From positions 263,066,001 through 263,130,000 of the forward strand of contig OZ024741.1 of the NCBI GenBank assembly GCA_964016885.1: a stretch of DNA of 64,000 bases, written 5' to 3'. The stretch is from Eledone cirrhosa. Its lineage: Eukaryota. The notes below the pieces were generated by a model. That model made no database searches, had not been told where the DNA came from, and saw only the letters and a list, made by a program, of their open reading frames with translations. A program made the position numbers and the translations under genes. This document shows positions 1 to 15,000 of the stretch, in pieces (the stretch's first letter is position 1; the number at the start of each line of letters is the position of its first letter).

Positions 1-3000
1 ACATACGAGTGTTTCGATACGAGTGTTCTGACTTACGAGTGTTCTGACTTACGAGTGTTCTGACTTACGAGTGTTCCGACTTTACGAGTGTTTCGGCTCA
101 CGAGTGTTTCGGCTTACGAGTGATTCGACTTACGAGTGTTTTGAATTATGAGTGTTTCGACTTACGAGTGTTCTGACTTACGAGTGTTCTGACTTACGAG
201 TGTTCCGACTTACGAGTGTTTCGGCTTACGAGTGTTTCGACTTACTAATGTTTTTACTTACGAGTGTTTCGGTGTACGAATGTTTTGACTTAAGGATGTT
301 TCGACTTACGAGTGTTTCGACTTACGAGTGTTTCGGCTTACATGAGTTTCGACTTAAGAGTGTTCTGATTTACGAGTGTTCTGACTTGCGGGTGTTCTGA
401 TTTACGAGTGTTCCGACTTACGAGTGTTTCGGCTTATGAGTGTTTCGACTTACGAGTGTTTCGGCTTACGAGTGTTTCGACTTATGGGTGTTTCGACTTA
501 CGAGTGTTTTTACTTACGGTGTTTCGGCTTACGAGTGTTTCGACATACGAGTGTTTTGACTTACGGGTGTTTCGACTTACGAGTGTTTTGACTTACGAAC
601 GTTTTGACTTACGGGTGAATCGGCTTACGAGTGTTTCGACTTACGAGTGTTTCGGCTTACGAGTGTTTCGACTTACTAATGTTTTTACTTACGAGTGTTT
701 CGGCGTATGAGAGTTTTGACTTACGAGTGTTTCGACTTACGAGTGTTTTGACTTACGGTGTTTCGACTTACGAGTGATTCGACTTACGAATGTTTTGACT
801 TACGGGTGTTTCGGCTTGCTAGTGTTTCGACTTACGAGTGTTTCGGCTTATGAGTGTTTCGACTTACTACTGTTTTTACTTACGAGTGTTTCGGCGTACG
901 AGTGTTTTGACTTACGAGTGTTTTGACTTACGGGTGTTGTGAATTACGAGTGTTCCGATTTACGAGTGTTTTGACTTACGGTGTTTCGGCTTACGAGTGA
1001 TTCGACTTACGAATGTTTTGACTTACGGGTGTTTCGGCTTGCTAGTGTTTCGACTTACGAGTGTTTCGGCTTATGAGTGTTTCGACTTACTACTGTTTTT
1101 ACTTACGAGTGTTTCGGCGTACGAGTGTTTTGACTTACGAGTGTTTCGAATTACGAGTGTTTTGACTTACGAATGTTTTGACATACGGGTGTTTCGGCTT
1201 ACGAGTGTTTCGACTTACGAGTGTTTCGGCTTGCGAGTGTTTCGACTTACTAATGTTTTTACTTACGAGTTTTTCGGCGTACGAGTGTTTCGACTTACGA
1301 GTGTTTCGACTTACGGGTGTTTTGACTTAAGGGTGTTTCGACTTACAAGTGTTTCGACTTACGAGTGTTTCGACTTACGAGTGTTCTGACTTACGAGTGT
1401 TCTGATTTACGGATGTTTCGACATACGAGTGTTTCGACTTACGAGTGTTTCGACTTACGAGTGTTTTGACTTACGGGTGTTTTGACATACGAGTGTTTCG
1501 ATACGAGTGTTTCGACTTACGAGTGTTCTGACTTACGAGTGTTCTGACTTACGAGTGTTCTGACTTACGAGTGTTCTGATTTACGAGTGTTCCGACTTAC
1601 GAGTGTTTCGGCTTACGAGTGTTTCGACTTACGGGTGTTTTGACTTACGGGTGTTTCGGCTTACGAGTGTTTCGGCTTATGATTGTTTCGACTTACGAGT
1701 GTTTTGACTTACGGTGTTTCAGCTTACGAGTGTTTCGACTTTCGAGTGTTTTGACTTACGGGTGTTTTGACATACGAGTGTTTCGATACGAGTGTTCTGA
1801 CTTACGAGTGTTCTGACTTACGAGTGTTTTGACTTACGAGTGTTCCGACTTACGAGTGTTCCGACTTACGAGTGTTTCGGCTTACGAGTGTTTCCGGCTT
1901 ACGAGTGTTTCGACTTACGAGTGTTTTGACTTACGGTGTTTCGGCTTACGAGTGATTCGACTTACGATGTTTTGACTTACGGGTGTTTCGGCTTGCGAGT
2001 GTTTCGACTTACGAGTGTTTCGGCTTATGAGTGTTTCGACTTACTAATGTTTTTAATTTACGAGTGTTCTGACTTACGAGTGTTCCGACTTACGAGTGTT
2101 CCTACTTACGAGTGTTTCGGCTTACGAGTGTTTCCGGCTTACGAGTGTTTCGACTTACGAGTGTTTCGACTTACGAGTGTTTTGACTTACGGTGTTTCGA
2201 CTTACGAGTGATTCGACTTACGAGTGTTTTGACTTACGGGTGTTTTGACTTACGGGTGTTGTGAATTACGAGTGTTCCGATTTACGAGTGTTTTGACTTA
2301 CGGTGTTTCGGCTTACGAGTGATTCGACTTACGAATGTTTTGACTTACGGGTGTTTCGGCTTGCTAGTGTTTCGACTTACGAGTGTTTCGGCTTATGAGT
2401 GTTTCGACTTACTACTGTTTTTACTTACGAGTGTTTCGGCGTACGAGTGTTTTGACTTACGAGTGTTTCGAATTACGAGTGTTTTGACTTACGAATGTTT
2501 TGACTTACGGGTGTTTCGGCTTACGAGTGTTTCGACTTACGAGTGTTTCGGCTTGCGAGTGTTTCGACTTACTAATGTTTTTAATTACGAGTTTTTCGGC
2601 GTACGAGTGTTTCGACTTACGAGTGTTTCGACTTACGGGTGTTTTGACTTAAGGGTGTTTCGACTTACAAGTGATTCGACTTACGAGTGTTTCGACTTAC
2701 GAGTGTTCTGACTTACGAGTTTTCTGATTTACGGATGTTTCGACATACGAGTGTTTCGACTTACGAGTGTTTCGACTTACGAGTGTTTTGACTTACGGGT
2801 GTTTTGACATACGAGTGTTTCGATACGAGTGTTTCGACTTACGAGTGTTCTGACTTACGAGTGTTCTGACTTACGAGTGTTCTGACTTACGAGTGTTCTG
2901 ATTTACGAGTGTTCCGACTTACGAGTGTTTCGGCTTACGAGTGTTTCGGCTTACGAGTGTTTCGACTTACGAGTGTTTCGACTTACGAGTGTTTCGACTT

Positions 3001-6000
3001 ACGAGTGTTCCGACTTACGGGTGTTTCCACTTACGAGTGGTTTGGCTTACGGTGTTTCGGCTTACGAGTGTTTCGAGTTACGAGTGTTTTGACTTACGCG
3101 TGTTTTGACATACGAGTGTTTCGATACGGGTGTTCTGACTTACGAGTGTTCTGACTTACGAGTGTTCTGACTTACGAGTGTTCCGACTTTACGAGTGTTT
3201 CGACTCACGAGTGTTTCGGCTTACGAGTGATTCGACTTACGAGTGTTTTGACTTATGAGTGTTTCGACTTACGAGTGTTCTGACTTACGAGTGTTCTGAC
3301 TTACGAGTGTTCTGATTTACGAGTGTTCCGACTTACGAGTGTTTCGGCTTACGAGTGTTTCGACTTACGGGTGTTTTGACTTACGGGTGTTTCGGCTTAC
3401 GAGTGTTTCGGCTTATGATTGTTTCGACTTACGAGTGTTTTGACTTACGGTGTTTCAGCTTACGAGTGTTTCGACTTTCGAGTGTTTTGACTTACGGGTG
3501 TTTTGACATACGAGTGTTTCGATACGAGTGTTCTGACTTACGAGTGTTCTGACTTACGAGTGTTTTGACTTACGAGTGTTCCGACTTACGAGTGTTCCGA
3601 CTTACGAGTGTTTCGGCTTACGAGTGTTTCCGGCTTACGAGTGTTTCGACTTACGAGTGTTTTGACTTACGGTGTTTCGGCTTACGAGTGATTCGACTTA
3701 CGATGTTTTGACTTACGGGTGTTTCGGCTTGCGAGTGTTTCGACTTACGAGTGTTTCGGCTTATGAGTGTTTCGACTTACTAATGTTTTTAATTTACGAG
3801 TGTTCTGACTTACGAGTGTTCCGACTTACGAGTGTTCCTACTTACGAGTGTTTCGGCTTACGAGTGTTTCCGGCTTACGAGTGTTTCGACTTACGAGTGT
3901 TTCGACTTACGAGTGTTTTGACTTACGGTGTTTCGACTTACGAGTGATTCGACTTACGAGTGTTTTGACTTACGGGTGTTTTGACTTACGGGTGTTGTGA
4001 ATTACGAGTGTTCCGATTTACGAGTGTTTTGACTTACGGTGTTTCGGCTTACGAGTGATTCGACTTACGAATGTTTTGACTTACGGGTGTTTCGGCTTGC
4101 TAGTGTTTCGACTTACGAGTGTTTCGGCTTATGAGTGTTTCGACTTACTACTGTTTTTACTTACGAGTGTTTCGGCGTACGAGTGTTTTGACTTACGAGT
4201 GTTTCGAATTACGAGTGTTTTGACTTACGAATGTTTTGACTTACGGGTGTTTCGGCTTACGAGTGTTTCGACTTACGAGTGTTTCGGCTTGCGAGTGTTT
4301 CGACTTACTAATGTTTTTAATTACGAGTTTTTCGGCGTACGAGTGTTTCGACTTACGAGTGTTTCGACTTACGGGTGTTTTGACTTAAGGGTGTTTCGAC
4401 TTACAAGTGATTCGACTTACGAGTGTTTCGACTTACGAGTGTTCTGACTTACGAGTTTTCTGATTTACGGATGTTTCGACATACGAGTGTTTCGACTTAC
4501 GAGTGTTTCGACTTACGAGTGTTCCGACTTACGAGTGTTTCGGCTTACGAGTGTTTCCGGCTTACGAGTGTTTCGACTTACGAGTGTTTTGACTTACGGT
4601 GTTTCGGCTTACGAGTGATTCGACTTACGATGTTTTGACTTACGGGTGTTTCGGCTTGCGAGTGTTTCGACTTACGAGTGTTTCGGCTTATGAGTGTTTC
4701 GACTTACTAATGTTTTTAATTTACGAGTGTTCTGACTTACGAGTGTTCCGACTTACGAGTGTTCCTACTTACGAGTGTTTCGGCTTACGAGTGTTTCCGG
4801 CTTACGAGTGTTTCGACTTACGAGTGTTTCGACTTACGAGTGTTTTGACTTACGGTGTTTCGACTTACGAGTGATTCGACTTACGAGTGTTTTGACTTAC
4901 GGGTGTTTTGACTTACGGGTGTTGTGAATTACGAGTGTTCCGATTTACGAGTGTTTTGACTTACGGTGTTTCGGCTTACGAGTGATTCGACTTACGAATG
5001 TTTTGACTTACGGGTGTTTCGGCTTGCTAGTGTTTCGACTTACGAGTGTTTCGGCTTATGAGTGTTTCGACTTACTACTGTTTTTACTTACGAGTGTTTC
5101 GGCGTACCTGTGTTTTGACTTACGAGTGTTTCGAATTACGAGTGTTTTGACTTACGAATGTTTTGACTTACGGGTGTTTCGGCTTACGAGTGTTTCGACT
5201 TACGAGTGTTTCGGCTTGCGAGTGTTTCGACTTACTAATGTTTTTAATTACGAGTTTTTCGGCGTACGAGTGTTTCGACTTACGAGTGTTTCGACTTACG
5301 GGTGTTTTGACTTAAGGGTGTTTCGACTTACAAGTGATTCGACTTACGAGTGTTTCGACTTACGAGTGTTCTGACTTACGAGTTTTCTGATTTACGGATG
5401 TTTCGACATACGAGTGTTTCGGCTTACGAGTGTTTCGACTTACGAGTGTTTTGACTTACGGGTGTTTTGACATACGAGTGTTTCGATACGAGTGTTTCGA
5501 CTTACGAGTGTTCTGACTTACGAGTGTTCTGACTTACGAGTGTTCTGACTTACGAGTGTTCTGATTTACGAGTGTTCCGACTTACGAGTGTTTCGGCTTA
5601 CGAGTGTTTCGGCTTACGAGTGTTTCGACTTACGAGTGTTTCGACTTACGAGTGTTCCGACTTACGGGTGTTTCCACTTACGAGTGGTTTGGCTTACGGT
5701 GTTTCGGCTTACGAGTGTTTCGAGTTACGAGTGTTTTGACTTACGCGTGTTTTGACATACGAGTGTTTCGATACGAGTGTTCTGACTTACGAGTGTTCTG
5801 ACTTACGAGTGTTCTGACTTACGAGTGTTCCGACTTTACGAGTGTTTCGGCTCACGAGTGTTTCGGCTTACGAGTGATTCGACTTACGAGTGTTTTGACT
5901 TATGAGTGTTTCGACTTACGAGTGTTCTGACTTACGAGTGTTCTGACTTACGAGTGTTCTGATTTACGAGTGTTCCGACTTACGAGTGTTTCGGCTTACG

Positions 6001-9000
6001 AGTGTTTCGACTTACGGGTGTTTTGACTTACGGGTGTTTCGGCTTACGAGTGTTTCGGTTTATGATTGTTTCGACTTACGAGTGTTTTGACTTACGGTGT
6101 TTCAGCTTACGAGTGTTTCGACTTTCGAGTGTTTTGACTTACGGGTGTTTTGACATACGAGTGTTTCGATACGAGTGTTCTGACTTACGAGTGTTCTGAC
6201 TTACGAGTGTTTTGACTTACGAGTGTTCCGACTTACGAGTGTTCCGACTTACGAGTGTTTCGGCTTACGAGTGTTTCCGGCTTACGAGTGTTTCGACTTA
6301 CGAGTGTTTTGACTTACGGTGTTTCGGCTTACGAGTGATTCAACTTACGATGTTTTGACTTACGGGTGTTTCGGCTTGCGAGTGTTTCGACTTACGAGTG
6401 TTTCGGCTTATGAGTGTTTCGACTTACTAATGTTTTTAATTTACGAGTGTTCTGACTTACGAGTGTTCCGACTTACGAGTGTTCCTACTTACGAGTGTTT
6501 CGGCTTACGAGTGTTTCCGGCTTACGAGTGTTTCGACTTACGAGTGTTTCGACTTACGAGTGTTTTGACTTACGGTGTTTCGACTTACGAGTGATTCGAC
6601 TTACGAGTGTTTTGACTTACGGGTGTTTTGACTTACGGGTGTTGTGAATTACGAGTGTTCCGATTTACGAGTGTTTTGACTTACGGTGTTTCGGCTTACG
6701 AGTGATTCGACTTACGAATGTTTTGACTTACGGGTGTTTCGGCTTGCTAGTGTTTCGACTTACGAGTGTTTCGGCTTATGAGTGTTTCGACTTACTACTG
6801 TTTTTACTTACGAGTGTTTCGGCGTACGAGTGTTTTGACTTACGAGTGTTTCGAATTACGAGTGTTTTGACTTACGAATGTTTTGACTTACGGGTGTTTC
6901 GGCTTACGAGTGTTTCGACTTACGAGTGTTTCGGCTTGCGAGTGTTTCGACTTACTAATGTTTTTAATTACGAGTTTTTCGGCGTACGAGTGTTTCGACT
7001 TACGAGTGTTTCGACTTACGGGTGTTTTGACTTAAGGGTGTTTCGACTTACAAGTGATTCGACTTACGAGTGTTTCGACTTACGAGTGTTCTGACTTACG
7101 AGTTTTCTGATTTACGGATGTTTCGACATACGAGTGTTTCGACTTACGAGTGTTTCGACTTACGAGTGTTTTGACTTACGGGTGTTTTGACATACGAGTG
7201 TTTCGATACGAGTGTTTCGACTTACGAGTGTTCTGACTTACGAGTGTTCTGACTTACGAGTGTTCTGACTTACGAGTGTTCTGATTTACGAGTGTTCCGT
7301 CTTACGAGTGTTTCGGCTTACGAGTGTTTCGGCTTACGAGTGTTTCGACTTACGAGTGTTTCGACTTACGAGTGTTCCGACTTACGGGTGTTTCGACTTA
7401 CGAGTGGTTTGGCTTACGGTGTTTCGGCTTACGAGTGTTTCGAGTTACGAGTGTTTTGACTTACGCGTGTTTTGACATACGAGTGTTTCGATACGAGTGT
7501 TCTGACTTACGAGTGTTCTGACTTACGAGTGTTCTGACTTACGAGTGTTCCGACTTTACGAGTGTTTCGGCTCACGAGTGTTTCGGCTTACGAGTGATTC
7601 GACTTACGAGTGTTTTGACTTATGAGTGTTTCGACTTACGAGTGTTCTGACTTACGAGTGTTCTGACTTACGAGTGTTCCGACTTACGGGTGTTTCGGTT
7701 TACGAGTGTTTCGACATACGAGTGTTTCGGCTTACGAGTGTTTCGACTTACTAATGTTTTTACTTACGAGTGTTTCGGTGTACGAATATTTTGACTTAAG
7801 GATGTTTCGACTTACGAGTGTTTCGACTTACGAGTGTTTCGGCTTACATGAGTTTCGACTTAAGAGTGTTCTGATTTACGAGTGTTCTGACTTGCGGGTG
7901 TTCTGATTTACGAGTGTTCCGACTTACGAGTGTTTCGGCTTATGAGTGTTTCGACTTACGAGTGTTTCGGCTTACGAGTGTTTCGACTTATGGGTGTTTC
8001 GACTTACGAGTGTTTTTACTTACGGTGTTTCGGCTTACGAGTGTTTCGACATACGAGTGTTTTGACTTACGGGTGTTTCGACCTACGAGTGTTTTGACTT
8101 ACGAATGTTTTGACTTACGGGTGAATCGGCTTACGAGTGTTTCGACTTACGAGTGTTTCGGCTTACGAGTGTTTCGACTTACTAATGTTTTTACTTACGA
8201 GTGTTTCGGCGTATGAGAGTTTTGACTTACGAGTGTTTCGACTTACGAGTGTTTTGACTTACGAATGTTTTGACATACGGGTGTTTCGGCTTATGAGTGT
8301 TTCGACTTACGAGTCTTTCGGCTTACGAGTGTTTCGACTTACTAATGTTTTTACTTACGAGTGTTTCGGCGTACGAGTGTTTCGACTTACGAGTGTTTCG
8401 ACTTACGGGTGTTTTGACTTACGGGTGTTTCGGCTTACGAGTGTTTCGACTTACGAGTATTTTGACTTAAGGGTGTTTCGACTTACGAGTATTTTTGGCT
8501 TACGAGTGTTTCGACTTACGAGTGTTTTGACTTACGAGTGTTCTGATTTACAGATGTTTCGACATACGAGTGTTTCGACTTACGAGTGTTTCGACTTATG
8601 AGTGTTTCGACTTACGAGTGTTTCGGCTTATGAGTGTTTCGACTTACGAGTGTTTTGACTTACGGTGTTTCGGCTTACGAGTGTTTCGACTTACGAGTAT
8701 TTTGACTTACGGGTGTTTTGACATACGAGTGTTTCGATACGAGTGTTCTGACTTACGAGTGTTCTGACTTACGAGTGTTTTGACTTACGAGTGTTCTGAC
8801 TTACGAGTGTTTCGACTTACCAGTGTTCCGACTTACGAGTGTTTCGGCTTACGAGAGTTTTGACTTACGAGTGTTTCGGCTTACGAGTGTTTCGACTTAC
8901 GAGTGTTTTGACTTACGAATGTTATGACTTACGGGTGTTTCGGCTTACGAGTGTTTCGACTTACGAGTCTTTCGGCTTACGAGTGTTTCGACTTACTAAT

Positions 9001-12000
9001 GTTTTTACTTACGGTGTTTCGGCTTACGAGTGTTTCGACATACGAGTGTTTTGACTTACGGGTGTTTCGACTTACGAGTGTTTTGACTTACGAATGTTTT
9101 GACTTACGGGTGTTTCGGCTTACGAGTGTTTCGACTTACGAGTGTTTCGGCTTACGAGTGTTTCGACTTACTAATGTTCTCACTTACGAGTGTTTCGGCG
9201 TACGAGAGTTTTGACTTACGAGTGTTTCGACTTACGAGTGTTTCGACTTACGAGTGTTTTGACTTACGAATGTTATGACTTACGGGTGTTTCGGCTTACG
9301 AGTGTTTCGACTTACGAGTCTTTCGGCTTACGAGTGTTTCGACTTACTAATGTTTTTACTTACGAGTGTTTCGGCGTACGAGTGTTTCGACTTACGAGTG
9401 TTTTGACTTAAGGGTGTTTCGATTACGAGTATTTTTGGCTTACGAGTGTTTCGACTTACGAGTGTTTTGACTTACGAGTGTTCTGATTTACGGATGTTTC
9501 GACATACGAGTGTTTCGACTTACGAGTGTTTCGACTTATGAGAGTTTCGACTTACGAGTGTTTCGACTTACGAGTGTTTCGGCTTATGAGTGTTTCGACT
9601 TACGAGTGTTTTGACTTACGGTGTTTCGGCTTACGAGTGTTTCGACTTACGAGTGTTTTGACTTACGGGTGTTTTGACATACGAGTGTTTCGATACGAGT
9701 GTTCTGACTTACGAGTGTTCTGACTTACGAGTGTTTTGACTCACGAGTGTTCTGACTTACGAGTGTTCCGACTTACGAGTGTTCCGACTTACGAGTGTTT
9801 CGGCTTACGAGTGTTTCCGGCTTACGAGTGTTTCGACTTACGAGTGTTTTGACTTACGGTGTTTCGGCTTACGAGTGATTCGACTTACGAGAGTTTTGAC
9901 TTACGGGTGTTTTGACTTACGGGTGTTGTGAATTACGAGTGTTCCGATTTACGAGTGTTTTGACTTACGGTGTTTCGGCTTACGAGTGATTCGACTTACG
10001 AATGTTTTGACTTACGGGTGTTTCGGCTTGCGAGTGTTTCGACTTACGAGTGTTTCGGCTTATGAGTGTTTCGACTTACTTATGTTTTTACTTACGAGTG
10101 TTTCGGCGTACGAGTGTTTTGACTTACGAGTGTTTCGATTTACGAGTGTTTCGGCTTGCGAGTGTTTCGACTTACTAATGTTTTTACTTACGAGTGTTTC
10201 GGCGTACGAGTGTTTCGACTTACGAGTGTTTCGACTTACGGGTGTTTTGACTTACGGGTGTTTCGGCTTACGAGTGTTTCGACTTACGAGTGTTTTGACT
10301 TCAGGGTGTTTCGGCTTACGTGAGTTTCGACTTAAGAGTGTTCTGATTTACGAGTGTTCTGACTTGCGGGTGTTCTGATTTACGAGTGTTCCGACTTACG
10401 AGTGTTTCGGCTTATGAGTGTTTCGACTTACGAGTGTTTCGGCTTACGAGTGTTTCGTATTATGGGTATTTCGACTTACGAGTGTTTTTACTTACGGTGT
10501 TTCGGCTTACGAGTGTTTCGACATACGAGTGTTTTGACTTACGGGTGTTTCGACTTACGAGTGTTTTGACTTACGAATGTTTTGACTTACGGGTGTTTCG
10601 GCTTACGAGTGTTTCGACTTACGAGTGTTTCGGCTTACGAGTGTTTCGACTTACTAATGTTCTTACTTACGAGTGTTTCGGCGTACGAAAGTTTTGACTT
10701 ACGAGTGTTTCGACTTACGAGTGTTTCGACTTACGAGTGTTTTGACTTACGAATGTTTTGACTTACGGGTGTTTCGGCGTACGAGTGTTTGGACTTACGA
10801 GTGTTTCGACTTACGGGTGTTTTGACTTACGGGTGTTTCGGCTTACGAGTGTTTTGACTTACGAGTGTTTTGACTTAAGGGTGTTTCGACTTACGAGTAT
10901 TTTTGGCTTACGAGTGTTTCGACTTACGAGTGTTTTGACTTACGAGTGTTCTGATTTACGGATGTTTCGACATACGAGTGTTTCGACTTACGAGTGTTTC
11001 GACTTATGAGTGTTTCGACTTACGAGTGTTTCGACTTACGAGTGTTTCGGCTTATGAGTGTTTCGATTTACGAGTGTTTTGACTTACGGTGTTTCGGTTT
11101 ACGAGTGTTTCGACTTACGAGTGTTTTGACTTACGGGTGTTTTGACATACGAGTGTTTCGATACGAGTGTTCTGACTTACGAGTGTTCTGACTTACGAGT
11201 GTTTTGACTCACGAGTGTTCTGACTTACGAGTGTTCCGACTTACGAGTGTTACGACTTACGAGTGTTTCGGCTTACGAGTGTTTCCGGCTTACGAGTGTT
11301 TCGACTTACGAGTGTTTCGATTTACGAGTGTTTCGGCTTGCGAGTGTTTCGACTTACTAATGTTTTTACTTACGAGTGTTTCGGCGTACGAGTGTTTCGA
11401 CTTACGAGTGTTTCGACTTACGGGTGTTTTGACTTACGGGTGTTTCGGCTTACGAGTGTTTCGTCTTACGAGTGTTTTGACTTAAGCGTGTTTCGACTTA
11501 CGAGTGTTTCGACTTACGAGTGTTTCGGCTTACGAGTGTTTTGACTTAAGGATGTTTCGACTTACGAGTGTTTCGATACGAGTGTTTCGACTTAAGAGTG
11601 TTCTGACTTACGAGTGTTCTGATTTACGGATGTTTCGACATACGAGTGTTTCGACTTACGAGTGTTTCGACTTACGAGTGTTTTGACTTACGGGTGTTTT
11701 GACATACGAGTGTTTCGATACGAGTGTTTCGACTTACGAATGTTCTAACTTATGAGTGTTCTGACTTACGAGTGTTCTGACTTACGAGTGTTCTGACTTA
11801 CGAGTGTTCTGTTTTACGAGTGTTCCGACTTACGAGTGTTCCGACTTACGAGTGTTTCGGCTTACGAGTGTTTCGGCTTACGAGTGTTTCGACTTACGAG
11901 TGTTTCGACTTACGAGTGTTCCGACTTACGGGTGTTTCGACTTACGAGTGTTTTGGCTTACGGTGTTTCGGCTCACGAGTGTTTCGGCTAACGAGTTTTT

Positions 12001-15000
12001 TGATTTACGAGTGTTTTGACTTACGGGTGTTTCGACTTACGCGTGTTTCGACTTACGAGTGTTTCGGCTTACGAGTGTTTCGACTTACGAGTGTTCTGAC
12101 TACGAGTGTTCTGACTTACGGGTGTTCTGACTTACGAGTGTTCCGACTTACGAGTGTTTCGGCTTATGAGTGTTTCGACTTACGAGTGCTTCGACTTACG
12201 AGTGTTTCGGCTTACGGGTGTTTCGACTTACGAATGTTTTTGCTTACGAGTGTTTCGGCTTACGAGTGTTTCGGCTTATGAGTGTTTCGACTTACGGGTG
12301 TTTTGACTTACGGGTGTTTTGACATACGAGTGTTTCGATACGAGTGTTCTGACTTACGAGTGTTCAGACTTACGAGTGTTCTGACTTACGAGTGTTCTGA
12401 CTTACGGGTGTTCTGACTTACGAGTGTTCCGACTTACGAGTGTTTCGGCTATGAGTGTTTTGACTTACGGGTGTTTCGACTTACGGGTGTTTCGATTTAC
12501 GAGTGTTTCGACTTACAAGTGTTTCGGCTTACGAGTGTTTCGGCTTACGAGTGTTTCGACTTACTAATGTTTTTACTTACGAGTGTTTCGGTGTACGAGT
12601 GTTTCGACTTAAGGATGTTTCGACTTACGAGTGTTTCGACTTACGAGTGTTTCGACTTACGAGTTTTCCGACTTACGAGTGTTCCGACTTACGAGTGTTT
12701 CGGCTTACGAGTGTTTCGGCTTACGAATGTTTCGGCTTACGAGTGTTTTGACTTACGAGTGTTCTGACTACGAGTGTTCTGACTTACGGGTGTTCTGACT
12801 TACGAGTGTTCCGACTTACGAGTGTTTCGGCTTATGAGTGTTTCGACTTACGGGCGTTTCGACTTACGGGTGTTTCGACTTACGAGTGTTCTGACTTGCG
12901 GGTGTTCTGATTTACGAGTGTTCCGACTTACGAGTGTTTCGGCTTATGAGTGTTTCGACTTACGAGTGTTTCGGCTTACGAGTGTTTCGTATTATGGGTA
13001 TTTCGACTTACGAGTGTTTTTACTTACGGTGTTTCGGCTTACGAGTGTTTCGACATAGGAGTGTTTTGACTTACGGGTGTTTCGACTTACGAGTGTTTTG
13101 ACTTACGAATGTTTTGACTTACGGGTGTTTCGGCTTACGAGTGTTTCGACTTACGAGTGTTTCGGCTTACGAGTGTTTCGACTTACTAATGTTCTTACTT
13201 ACGAGTGTTTCGGCGTACGAAAGTTTTGACTTACGAGTGTTTCGACTTACGAGTGTTTCGACTTACGAGTGTTTTGACTTACGAATGTTTTGACTTACGG
13301 GTGTTTCGGCGTACGAGTGTTTGGACTTACGAGTGTTTCGACTTACGGGTGTTTTGACTAACGGGTGTTTCGGCTTACGAGTGTTTTGACTTACGAGTGT
13401 TTTGACTTAAGGGTGTTTCGACTTACGAGTATTTTTGGCTTACGAGTGTTTCGACTTACGAGTGTTTTGACTTACGAGTGTTCTGATTTACGGATGTTTC
13501 GACATACGAGTGTTTCGACTTACGAGTGTTTCGACTTATGAGTGTTTCGACTTACGAGTGTTTCGACTTACGAGTGTTTCGGCTTATGAGTGTTTCGATT
13601 TACGAGTGTTTTGACTTACGGTGTTTCGGTTTACGAGTGTTTCGACTTACGAGTGTTTTGACTTACGGGTGTTTTGACATACGAGTGTTTCGATACGAGT
13701 GTTCTGACTTACGAGTGTTCTGACTTACGAGTGTTTTGACTCACGAGTGTTCTGACTTACGAGTGTTCCGACTTACGAGTGTTCCGACTTACGAGTGTTT
13801 CGGCTTACGAGTTTTTCCGGCTTACGAGTGTTTCGACTTACGAGTGTTTCGATTTACGAGTGTTTCGGCTTGCGAGTGTTTCGACTTACTAATGTTTTTA
13901 CTTACGAGTGTTTCGGCGTACGAGTGTTTCGACTTACGAGTGTTTCGACTTACGGGTGTTTTGACTTACGGGTGTTTCCGCTTACGAGTGTTTCGTCTTA
14001 CGAGTGTTTTGACTTAAGCGTGTTTCGACTTACGAGTGTTTCGACTTACGAGTGTTTCGGCTTACGAGTGTTTTGACTTAAGGATGTTTCGACTTACGAG
14101 TGTTTCGATACGAGTGTTTCGACTTAAGAGTGTTCTGACTTACGAGTGTTCTGATTTACGGATGTTTCGACATACGAGTGTTTCGACTTACGAGTGTTTC
14201 GACTTACGAGTGTTTTGACTTACGGGTGTTTTGACATACGAGTGTTTCGATACGAGTGTTTCGACTTACGAATGTTCTAACTTACGAGTGTTCTGACTTA
14301 CGAGTGTTCTGACTTACGAGTGTTCTGACTTACGAGTGTTCTGTCTTACGAGTGTTCCGACTTACGAGTGTTCCGACTTACGAGTGTTTCGGCTTACGAG
14401 TGTTTCGGCTTACGAGTGTTTCGACTTACGAGTGTTTCGACTTACGAGTGTTCCGACTTACGGGTGTTTCGACTTACGAGTGTTTCGGCTTACGAGTTTT
14501 TTGATTTACGAGTGTTTTGACTTACGGGTGTTTCGACTTACGCGTGTTTCGACTTACGAGTGTTTCGGCTTACGAGTGTTTCGACTTACGAGTGTTCTGA
14601 CTACGAGTGTTCTGACTTACGGGTGTTCTGACTTACGAGTGTTCCGACTTACGAGTGTTTCGGCTTATGAGTGTTTCGACTTACGAGTGCTTCGACTTAC
14701 GAGTGTTTCGGCTTACGGGTGTTTCGACTTACGAATGTTTTTGCTTACGAGTGTTTCGGCTTACGAGTGTTTCGGCTTATGAGTGTTTCGACTTACGGGT
14801 GTTTTGACTTACGGGTGTTTTGACATACGAGTGTTTCGATACGAGTGTTCTGACTTACGAGTGTTCAGACTTACGAGTGTTCTGACTTACGAGTGTTCTG
14901 ACTTACGGGTGTTCTGACTTACGAGTGTTCCGACTTACGAGTGTTTCGGCTATGAGTGTTTTGACTTACGGGTGTTTCGACTTACGGGTGTTTCGATTTA